From positions 1,364,001 through 1,428,000 of the forward strand of contig JAMWBK010000006.1 of assembly GCA_029953675.1 (NCBI GenBank): a DNA stretch of 64,000 nucleotides, in the 5' to 3' direction. Of the stretch, positions 24,101 through 34,549 are shown in pieces. Position 1 is the stretch's first letter. The number at the start of each line of letters is the position of its first letter. The position numbers were made by a program, and so were the translations under genes. This stretch comes from Rhodosorus marinus CCMP1338 (Eukaryota; Plantae; Rhodophyta). Below the pieces are notes generated by a model. It had not been told where the DNA came from, searched no databases, and worked only from the letters and a program-made list of their open reading frames with translations.

Positions 24101-25140
24101 AATCTGTTCCGTCCTGGCTCAAAAAAAGAGGAAGGTGCCATTCATGCCCCTTTTCAAAATTAAACGATTTGTTGATTTCGAAAACAGCTTGTTTCACCTC
24201 GTTTCGCATCGTCCAGTCTCCTCTTTTTTTAAATATATATGAAGCCGTTCAGAAAGATTTTATTGCTTTTTTCCCGCTCCATATGTTTCCCAAGGGGTGA
24301 TAAACGCTCGTGGCTGAGGAAGGCCTGTATATTTTCTACCGTTTTATTTGGAAGTTTTTTTGTGCTACCACCATAGAAAATGCGCTCAAAAGACGCGATC
24401 TCAATAGTGTGAAATACTGTTTCCTTTGAGGAAAAAATTGCTGTCAGTGCGAAGAGAAGGCTTGTGTCTTATGGTTGTTTCCTGGTCGGTGTTCGTTGGC
24501 TATCTTTTTGTATTAATTTTTCACAGTGTCGCTATGTTGATGGGATGCGAGAAATTGATTCTGTCTTTTTTAGGAAATCGTAAACTTTTGTGGGTGCGCG
24601 ATACGCAACCAGTCTCTCAGCTTTTTTTCATTATGAAGATAGAATGCGAGAAATCGACGGGTTATGAACGGGTGTGGTTTTTCCGTTTTTTTAGAGGGGT
24701 TTGACTGACTTTTTGAGAGCTTTTTAAAAGGGGGGGGTAGAAGGTCTTCGTTTTTCCCGGCTCGGTCTCAGTTGTTAGAAATTTGTTTTTCTCTAATTGT
24801 TTTGTAGTGTATGGAACGGGGATGGAATAGTGGGCGACAGCCGTGGCCCAGAGACTTTTTTTTTGTTTTTAGGGGGCCTGTGTTTGGTTCTAATTTTTTC
24901 CATTCTCATGACTTGGAGATCCATGCAAACAGTTTCCGATATATAGTGGATTAAGTCTGATGGTGACCAGCCTTTGGGTATGGAGTGCACGGAGGAAAGG
25001 TATGTTGACGCGTTTTGCGGAAACAGCGTAGGTACTTAAAGAGAATAATTCAAGCATTGTGTACACAGGCGGAAGTGGGTGGTATTTGTTGTCTTTCCTC
25101 CCGTAGAAGCTGGGTTTGGACGTGAAATGCTAGCTATATC

Positions 25141-25590
25141 ATGCTCGTCACGGATAGATCTGGCGGTACGACGGTGAGCAGCGCGCGCATGTGTTTCTTA
25201 TGGGATGGGAGTGCGCCTGAGCAAATGGATGTGAGAAGCTTGCTGACCAGCGACACTACGGACGAAGAGAAATGTACGTTCGAAGTTGTCAGGTCGCTGA
25301 GATCTGGGAACGAGCAAGAGCCGGGGGTGCTTTATGGAGTACAAGGAGGTCAGATGGGTTTGACCTACTTGGTCGAAAAGCCTTTTTTTTGCGGCCGGTG
25401 TCTGAGAGCGTTTACGACAAAGAAGTCGCTTAGAGTGCATGAGAACACTGTACATTTGGGTATGCGACAATACGAGTGCAAGGTCTGCGGTAGACACTTT
25501 GGCACGCGAAGCAGCATGAAAAGACACATCAGCCACAAGCACGGAGAGAACGAGCAACGCACATCGTCGAAGTCTCCCAGCAAAGGATGA
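25141..25590 (+). CDS. C2H2 zinc-finger protein with two fingers
   Basis: KPFFCGRCLRAFTTKKSLRVHENTVH-LGMRQY-ECKVCGRHFGTRSSMKRHISHKH: two canonical C-x2-C-x12-H-x4-H fingers with a normal linker; intact 149 aa ORF with an ATG start. Confidence 0.8.
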   Translation: MLVTDRSGGTTVSSARMCFLWDGSAPEQMDVRSLLTSDTTDEEKCTFEVVRSLRSGNEQEPGVLYGVQGGQMGLTYLVEKPFFCGRCLRAFTTKKSLRVHENTVHLGMRQYECKVCGRHFGTRSSMKRHISHKHGENEQRTSSKSPSKG

Positions 25591-25763
25591 AGCTGTCGTG
25601 CAAATTGGGGAACTCAACTGAATCCAGGAATCGGCTTGTAGCCCTGCGCGAGCACCCAAGGCCCCAGGGTGCTCCGAGGCTCGTTTGCGAAGAGCCCGGA
25701 GAGTATCCTCTGTTGATGCCTGAGGCCGGGGTGTGAAAGTCCTCGGATTAAGATTAAGATTAA

Positions 25764-26108
25764 GATCATCTCTGCGATTGCGGAGGCATCATTCTTGAAA
25801 CGATCCTGGGCAGCTCGCCATCTTCCTATGTGTGTCTGTGTGACCGCTTTACCATTGTATTCTTGCCCCGCACCGAATCTTTGATTCTCTGCAGGTTGGT
25901 AGGCTGTAATATTTGGAGCATTTTGAGTTGTGTACCATACGCGAAGCTTTTCTTGTGATGAGTACAAGCTTCCGCTTCACGATCACGTCGTGGATATACA
26001 AGCGTCACGAATTGTTTTGAACGACCAGCTGAAAGCGGTACGAGGCCGAAGAGGAAACTATTATCATATTCTAATGCGTGGCCAGAGTATAGGAGAACGC
26101 CAATAATA
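25764..26108 (-). repeat. Left copy of an about 345 bp inverted repeat (partner at 29798-30140)
   Basis: Its reverse complement aligns with 29798-30140 at roughly 85-90% identity (estimated by eye). Both copies give the near-identical ORFs MYSSQ..TQNAPNIT..GRWRAAQDRFKNDASAIAEMI. Confidence 0.92.
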
Positions 26109-26821
26109 CAAAAACCAAGAGTTTTTTGAGCAAACTTCACTGACTAGATTGAAAGAAGCCCCAAGAAAGGGTGGGATCATGCCAACAAAAAACCAAACAT
26201 GGAGTCTTCCTTTTTTTTGGTTTGCACGAGAAAGTATAGTGGAAAGGATCAATTGCTGGCGGGACCACCAGCAATCAACCTGAAAAGTCGTCTAACCTTC
26301 CAAAACAACAAGAAGACCGAAAGAATATTTGACCCGTAGAACACGGGAAACCCGATCATCAAATCAGATTCTGTCATATAGTTTGTTGACCATTCACAAT
26401 TTTTGCTGGACCAACCCGCGCGTAGAAAGCGAAAATGGGTGCAGTCGTTTCATTGTATTGCAGGGGATATATAGACAGTACCAGGAGCCAACGAGCGTCG
26501 GGCTCCTCGATTCCGTCTGGAAATGGCTCGGCTCTGGTGCTCGAAGCCAAGTCCGTGTTTCCCTCCTCCACTTCCTCAGAACCACGTGGGCCGGACTCCG
26601 CTGTGAGGGTGCACATGAACGAGCATAAAAAACCATGAAAATTGAAAAAAACCTTAAAATATGATGAAAGAAGAAAACCTGAAAAGTACATAGAAGATAT
26701 ATTTAAGGTTTTTACTTATAAAACGCGTCCCACGACGGGGACAGAGGAGACGGTATATTTAGGTTTGATGACTGGTGTAGCTGGAGATGAGTAAGGAAAG
26801 CAAGCAGGGGCCTGTCCATAT

Positions 26822-26916
26822 GCGAGAGATCCGCTCATATGTCCAATGCCGATCAATCTCGAGTAAATGATGCTGACGCTGCTCAATAAGCAAAAAGAAA
26901 AAAGTTAGCATCTTTG
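26822..26916 (+). repeat. Direct repeat copy 1 (about 95 bp; partner at 29566-29655)
   Basis: gcgagagatccgctcatat..aatgccgatcaatctcga.taaatgatg.tgac..aaaaaagttagcatctttg is shared by both copies. Confidence 0.88.
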
Positions 26917-29565
26917 ACTGAAACACCCCCCCCCTCCCCTTCCTCCCTCCCCCCTTACCCCCACTTACTGAAAAGGAGCTGTTCATCATAATCACTTTGA
27001 AAACAATGAATTTGCTTATGAAGAGAAAAGAGGGTATCACGGGCAGAGAACAGCGGACCGAAAACATTCGGTGGATTGGAAATATTTCCGTGAACAAGAT
27101 AAAAAAAAAAGGACCAAGCTGAGAACGGAAAAAAGAAGAAACGAAAATTTTAAGCCCACCAGTTGCTATCTGAACGAGTCCTCAGATGGGTCACCTTCGA
27201 CAAAGGAAACAGGAAAGGAGGACCGGTAAAGCACACCGACGACGTGAACATAATAAATATTATCTGAAGGTAATTGTAATTTGGCGCCCCCAAATCGAAC
27301 GAGCAGCAAAAGTGTTTACTAGAGCGAAAGGGGGGGGGGGGGAAGGATTGGGATCGGTTGGGTGGGTTTTCTGGGAAGAAATGAAGCTACGTGGTTCTAA
27401 AACCTCTTTTTGGCCATTTACGAGGACTGTTTTCCCGGCGAGAGCCGGCCTACTTTGAACGGGTATTTTGGGGGGGGATCAATAGTTGCGAAGAAGACGT
27501 AATTATTTTCTAAATCAGTCATTGATCCAAGCATATGTAGTAATATTAGAGATATATGAGGCCCGCAACAAAACCGGAAAAAAGATTCTTCCGCATTTTT
27601 TCTTTGTTTGTTGAACAGTCGTTCTTTTTTTTGGGGGGGGGGCCGGCGGTGGAATTCCAATTTCACAAAAAGTACCTATTTACATCCCGAAATGATAGAA
27701 AGTTCTCCATAAGAACTAATTTTTTGCGTAACCCCCCCTTCCCCAACCCCCAAACGTCTTTGAGTGCTAAATATTCAACTTTGGATATTGAAGTGTCCGT
27801 ATTTGATTTTCTTGAACGCCTCTGAAACCTTCGTCAGAAAAAAAAGAGCCCTTTTTTGTGCCTACGGTGAGTGACTTTCATGGAATTGATTTCATCGTTC
27901 TTCTTATCCAACGGTTTGGTTCATAAAATTTCTCGAATTAGTCAAATCTATTTTTAAAACAGGTCGACCCAAGAAGGTGGTTGATCGAATCTAAATGCTG
28001 ACAGGCAAAAAAAAATCCCCCCCCCCCCCAAAAAGAAGAAAAGGTTCCTTTTTGTTCTATTGGATTTGTGTTCTCGTTTCTCTTAGTTTTAATCTATCGT
28101 CCGGACAGAGCATTTCAACCTTAGTCTCGCCTGGGGTTAGCACCAGCCTAAAGCGGCACAATACTGCAACCCCAAGTCTTTGGAACGATTGTTCTTGTGC
28201 GTGTCGAAATTCAGGTACTATGAACCCCCTGAGTACAACGTCAAGACGGAATACACTGCGACATACATCAAGGATCGAACGGTCGCAGATCAATCTAAAC
28301 TAATCATAGAATTTACGGCCTGCATTGTTTAATCGGGAGTCTAGCGTCTACTTATGTTGGCGCACAGTTGTAGCCGGACAGAACGACACGATCAGGGCCA
28401 GGCTGACAACGGAGAAAGCCAGGGAGACGTCAGGCTAGGCGAGAGCAAGGGGTAACTGTAGCCAACTGCGACACCAAAAAATAGAACATAGATGGCTACC
28501 AAAAATAGCAGTGTGTCTAGATGAGAGAAATGTAGAGGCCTAGTCTGAGGCTATAAATAGGCTAGGACGGAGTCGAATATGATAGGACTTAGTAAAGAGA
28601 ACCCAGGGGGAAAAGTTCTTTGGACTTATCAAGCAACTCTCCGTGAGGGGGTGGGTTACTTGGGCGAAAAGACCCAACACTTAGACGTCGAGTAGCAAGG
28701 ATATATATAAACTGTATAGGTTGCATATGCATTTATGGGCATGAATTATGAGAGCAGTAAGCCTAGAAGCAAGACCAGACTAAACCAAGTGAGCATTCAA
28801 TAAGTGAATCTTAACCCCTGAGAGGAGTGTCGTACAATCCTCAGGGTAGGGTTTGCTTGTTCTGGCGATGTGGATATTGCAAAGCGGATGACTTTGCGAC
28901 AGTGGGTCATTTGAGTGAGAACGCCCGACTCCTTGCCGGAATGGGCACCCCCAGAAACCGGCTTCGAGGGCCGAGCCTCGGGTTGGGGAGGCGTATTCCG
29001 ATGCACGAGGAGCTTGCAAGTATTGGCCAGCGGTGCTCCCTTTTTGTGATTCACCGGCTATGAGGTGCTTAGTTCAAGCGACTCAGGGACTCAGCGAACC
29101 ATCCACAATTTGCTGCCTCAGTCACATCCCAGCATATCAGGGAACCTCGCAAGGCATGGATTTGAGTATATAACAAAAAAAGCTACTATAAAGTGCCCGG
29201 ATGAAAGGAGCTCATTTCCCAAAGGGTCGCGAAAGCCCCCTCGCCAAAGCTATACTCTCATCCCATTTGACTTCAGATTGCTGTTGCATCATTGTCTATG
29301 CACCGAGGGAATATCAACACCAAAAAAAACAGTTTAATTACCAGAGCGAGGAGGTCGCTCATCCGTGGGTTGGATCCTTCGCGAAGAATTTCGACTGGGA
29401 GTCTCAGGGGGGGAGGACTGCCTTCGAGGCCTCGATCTTACCCCTAAGCCCAAGCTACGCTTATAGAGTATCTCCTCCCTTACGGTGTGCGTCTCTTGGT
29501 AGGTACGTACCGTCGCCAGAGTAGTAAGTCTCTAATAACACAGCGAGTAAGGAAAACAAATAGTG

Positions 29566-29655
29566 GCGAGAGATCCGCTCATATAGCAAATGCCGATCAA
29601 TCTCGAATAAATGATGTTGACAATGATCAAATCAGGAAAAAAGTTAGCATCTTTG
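29566..29655 (+). repeat. Direct repeat copy 2 (about 90 bp)
   Basis: Same sequence as 26822-26916 with substitutions and a small indel. Confidence 0.88.
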
Positions 29656-29797
29656 CCAAAAATTGTGAGTGGTCAACAGACAATATGACAGAACCTGATT
29701 TGATGATCGGGTATACTCCGTATTCCATGGGTCAAATATTCTTTCGACCTTATTGTTTGTTTTGGAAGGTTCCACCACTTTCCGGTTGATTGATTGC

Positions 29798-30140
29798 TAT
29801 TATTGGCGTTTTCCTACGCTGGTCACGCACTAGAGCATGAAAATAGTTTCCTCTTCCGCCTCGTGCCGCTTTCAGCTTGTCGTTCAAAACAATTCGTGAC
29901 GCTTGTATATCCACGACGGGAGCGTGAAGCGGAAGCTTGTACTCTTCACAAAAAAGGCTTCGCGTATGGTACACAACTCAAAATGCTCCAAATATTACAA
30001 CCTACCAACCTGCAGTAAATCAAAGATTTGGTGCGGGGCAAGAATACAATGGTAAAGCGGTCACACAGACACACATAGGAAGATGGCGAGCTGCCCAGGA
30101 TCGTTTCAAGAACGATGCCTCCGCAATCGCAGAGATGATC
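29798..30140 (+). repeat. Right copy of the about 345 bp inverted repeat
   Basis: See 25764-26108. Confidence 0.92.
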
Positions 30141-33108
30141 ATAATAAATAGGGTTCCGGAAGAAGCGGACATCAGCCCTCTTCGCAGTTCGAACCTTCGC
30201 GATTATTGACCCTGGCGCAGAGCAGAGTAGCAATGACTGGTGGCCCCTTTCGATTCATTCCACGCATTGTAACATTAAAATCCATGCTGTACAGCAGCCG
30301 ATGAAAGGTACAGGTTCCCGTGATGAGACATGAAAAACGAGGCTCTCCAGGGCGGACCACCCAGCCTCGCTCGCAAAGCCTCCAACCCTCCAGGGCCTCT
30401 AGTTTCATGAGAAAACCCTCCATCAACCGACCCCGGGCCGTATTCTGTTGTGAGCGCCATAAAGTTCTCGCGCCTTCCTGTGGTTTAGTAGCGACGTTTG
30501 TACAAGTCGGATATTCACCAGGTGATCTCTCAGTGCAAGAATTCAATGCTTTCCACCCAAATCCCGATCACGCCCTCCACTTGGCGATAGAAAGAACAAG
30601 TGTTAACAGCTAAGTTATTCCGATATTAGTTTCAAGAAAACGAGTGCGAAGACCACTTGGTATATGACACGCCACCTACACGGGTATCGGGCCATATTGG
30701 TTGGCTATATACTCTTAGTAGGAAAAACAAACCTGACAAACGATCATTTTTCCCAAGATGGATATTCATTGGCACACTTGGCTGTTACAGAAAGCCGCAG
30801 TGATATCGCGTTTGACGTTGATTCGTGAGCTGTAAAATACGCAACCATGTTTTATCAGTTCAGAAAACCCCTTTGGGGAGAGTGTGAGGAGGGGGGTGCT
30901 GGAGGTGGGAATGAAGTTTCATTGTTTGTTTTGATGGGTATGTGAGAAACACAGCTCTAGCCGGTCCGGAGAGGTATGGCTGGGCGTGTCGGGTAAGCTC
31001 CCCGCGGTGACAGCCGAAAAAAAGAATGGAAAGTAGTTGTGGGAGACTGGTTCCTCGTTTAACTCCTGATGCCCCTGAATCAGGATGATGTGATTTTTCT
31101 TTGAGTTTTTAAAATGACGACTGCTCCGACACCAGGTGGAGGGTAGAACGGGGGGGGGGTGGGTGCGAAATCTGATAGTTAAGTGTTTCAAGGATTTTCC
31201 ATTATATTGTGCCGGATACGTCAGAACAAAGAGCGCGAGTAGCCAAGTGGTTGACCGTACATGGAAAACGCCCCGTGGATTTACAATTGACTTGGAAGAA
31301 AAGGTTTACGCGGAGAGCAGGGGGAAAGGGCTAAACAAAGAATGAAAAGTAATTTATTGTTCAATTCACACATTTTGGCCTCGTCGACTGGTGCCTCTCG
31401 ACAGGTTCATCTAATTTCAACAGAATACAAGTTTTATCTTTAAAAGAATCAAGATTCAGGGACAGGGCTCCCGCCCCCGGCTTTTCCGCCTTTGTCGGCA
31501 GTGTCGAAACTCCCTTTAGGTGAAAAAAAAACATCCATACATATATTTCGAAGTTGCGCGAGCGCTCACCCGAAAAAAGGTAATGTCAACAGCGGTTATT
31601 GAAATCTTTGTGTTGGTTTTTTGGCATTGTCTGAGGTTAATTCTCTCAATATTACTGAGCAGCTGAGAAATACTCTGATGGACTTTACTTACCTGTTTTT
31701 CGGATAGTTTTAGTCATAAGGGCTGTGGCTAATCCAGGGGGGGCTGTATGACATATTGGCTGCCGTATTGAATCATGATTATTGTTGAGGTCGACAGGCT
31801 GTCATTCGTAATTTAATGATTTTTCTATGTACAAGAAGAATGCTTTTTGTTAACTGTCGATTTGAGGATCTGAGGCACAGGTTACCAACCCCGAGGAGGT
31901 AGATACGTACATGACGCAAGAAATGCGCCACAGGGAGAAGTGCAGGAGAGCCCGACGAAAAGGCTAAACCAAGACGGAATGGGAAGTGTGACCAACGATC
32001 AAGTTGATCCCCAAAGTACTCACGCATCCAAGAGTCTGTCCAGGGCGGCCCTAAAACCGAAGACTTCATCGAGGAGGCGGCATAGCGAGGAGCGACTGCT
32101 GGTCGAACCGGGCACCCTGGCGTCGGCAAGACGGCAAGAGCGTCAGAATAGACGCTTTGCTTATGGCAGCACCTCGGCGTCGTAAGGAAGCCGGTAGCCC
32201 TTCATTAACGGACTTTGTAGAATATCCTGAGTCTGAGTAGAGTTGGCCGGGAAGTAGGGAAACAAGTAGTTGAATATACAGCAAAAGGCAAAGCTAAATT
32301 CTTGAGATGGAAGAGCTCTTGTGAGCGGGTGGTTTCTACGCGTTGGGTCTGAGCTTGACCATCGACTCGCGAAGAATTGCTAACGGGGAACTTCACGAGA
32401 ACGGGATTGTTCGGGTCGATCCCTCTTTCTCCGGCGATTTGAGGTCAAGGAAGCTTCAGCAGCAATCGACAAGAGGATTGAGCTCCTATGTACTTGGGTC
32501 ATATCCGTTGTAACTTTCGGTTGAAATAGAAGTCGGGTCGAATCGCCTCTTTTTCAACGCTGAAGCTATGCAAACGATGACTGTCCACGTAATCCCTGGG
32601 GTCCCATTCAGAGTGTTGGAACGAACGGCGAGGTCCAGTAAATCTTCTATCAATGGAATAGTCTTACCGATAGAGGTTTACGAGGATGTGAATCATTTGA
32701 GCTGGTGTAGGTTACAACAACTGGTTTACTGGGTTTACAGTTGTTGGTGATTGAACCGAATCCGCAGGGACATCTTGGAGTCATCCTTTAGTGGACCCTC
32801 CTACCTCGATTGACTCGGGAACACAGCGGGCCAATCGAGGTAGGACTAAGCAAGGCAGAGATCACGTGAATCCGTTACGGAAGCAAGCGGATCAGTCGTT
32901 GAAAGAGATAAATCTGCACCTCCAGCACCCATCGATACAAGTCAGCGAAGCACGAGCGACACTCAACAGGTCCCTGTGGAGGCAATTTAGTTCTTGCCAC
33001 CCAGGCTCGTCGAGTCGACGAAGGAGATCGTCCCTCTAGGAGAACGTAGCCAGCCAACCCATTCGAAGTTTTTCATGGCATCGATAGATATATCATTCCC
33101 TCTTTCGG

Positions 33109-33158
33109 GCTCCACTAAGTAGTTCTTTAGTCTATACTAAAGAACTACTTAGTGGAGC
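33109..33158. repeat. Perfect 50 bp hairpin with 23 bp arms and a 4 nt loop
   Basis: GCTCCACTAAGTAGTTCTTTAGT-CTAT-ACTAAAGAACTACTTAGTGGAGC. Confidence 0.96.
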
Positions 33159-34197
33159 GTTTACGTTTACTGAGGACAACGGCCCCGGGGAGTTTCGGTG
33201 GTGGGTTTGCTGCTCATGTACGCGCCTGTGCACCGACAGCTCTGGGCTTGGCTTGCTGCCGAATATAAGCTAGGGGGGATTGAGTGGGACGGAGGTTTTC
33301 CTTGATAAGTGTGTGTGCATAGCTTGCACGTCTTTAATCGATGAAATCAACCTGAATACAGCGTTTTAGATGCGGCAGAAGCGTTCCAGAACTTCTTCAC
33401 AAACAGATGTATTACAGTTCGTTTCTATTCACGAACGCTACCACGTGCCTCCATTCAAAAAAACCGGAATGCTGGTAAGGAGCAGAAGCAAGTCCATTGG
33501 ACAAAGGACTATGGTTTCATTTTTCGAATAATTCAAAAAGGGTGAAGACAGACTCTATGTCTTAACGATTTTTTTAGAAAGTGTGAAAACGTATGTATTT
33601 TGGAATAAAATACGGGATAGAATCCTACATCATTGGGAGACTCAATGAGTAATTTTTTTTATTCCCCCGGGAAGGGTTGAGTTTTTCTTCGGATATATTT
33701 TATATTTTAATTACAAAACTTATTTATTGCTTTAGTCGAGAACCTTGGAGGGGTGATTGTGAGTGGAGTGGGTTCAGTATTGGATGTAGGATGAAAGTAC
33801 CTAGCAACGGATTCTGAAGAGGACAAAGGCGTTTGAGATGGAACCGCATCCGAGAACGCTGGAGAATAAACGTACCAGGAAATTTGAACGTAAACTGAGC
33901 CCTTCACTTCCGCATCTAGCTCCATTCGATCCAAGTGTTTACGTGAAGCTCCATATTCGTGGTCGTTTGGCTTCGGAGGAGCGTTGGCATACATAGGCAG
34001 TGGGTCAGTCAAGGTGGCCGCTACCCAGTGGTCGAAGCATTCTCATATTTTGTTCGGAACTACGTCGTGCCAAGTTTTTTTTCTCAGAGTGGCCTTGTGT
34101 TCTCCCATGGCCAGAACGCAGTGCGCTTACAGCGCTGTGGTTCTTGTACTTTCGACCTAGTGAGACGGATGCTCCTAAAACGTATTCTCAACCCCTG

Positions 34198-34549
34198 AGT
34201 TGTGTTGACTCTGGTCCTGACATGGATGACCGGTGCCGAGCGCCTGGGCTACTAGGTCACTCGTTTCAAAATACCAACAGTTATAGCGGCTGTAGTGGAA
34301 ACCAAGTAGCTCTCCCAAGCGGAGGGCGGGGTGGGGGTTATAGCCAACGGGGAGTTTCATGTAGGCCTGCCAAGTTGTGTCGACTCTGTTCCTGACATTT
34401 AAGGCCGGTCGCGGAAGCCAGGGCTGGGCTACTTGATCACTCGTTTCAGAATATCAACATTAATGGCGGCTGTAGTGGAAACAAAGCAGCTCTTCCCGGG
34501 GGGGGGGAGATGGGGGGTTATAGCCAACGGTGAGTTTCGTATAGGCCTG
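34198..34549 (+). repeat. Diverged tandem duplication, period about 175-180 bp
   Basis: Copies at 34198-34369 and 34373-34549 share agttgtgt.gactctg.tcctgacat, ctgggctact.g.tcactcgtttca, gcggctgtagtggaaac and ggggttatagccaacgg.gagtttc.t.taggcctg. Confidence 0.88.

Larger units (their letters stand above)
25764..30140. mobile_element. Candidate non-autonomous long-TIR (Mutator/Foldback-like) element of 4.4 kb
   Basis: Bounded by about 345 bp inverted repeats whose outer ends both read GATCATCTCTGCGATTGCGGAGG. No intact transposase inside and no clear TSD. Confidence 0.45.

Noticed and set aside
28390-29520. Possible LTR (CTATAAATAG) plus RNase H/integrase-like traces (ASGWGGVF; YYKVPG*KELI)
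   Set aside because: The motifs are too short and isolated; no paired LTR, PBS or PPT found
32590-32720. - strand KTIPLIEDLLDL resembling the Ty3/gypsy RT motif PLPLIEDLLD
   Set aside because: Downstream RT motifs (LDL..YHQ, MPFGL, YLDD) could not be found in any frame
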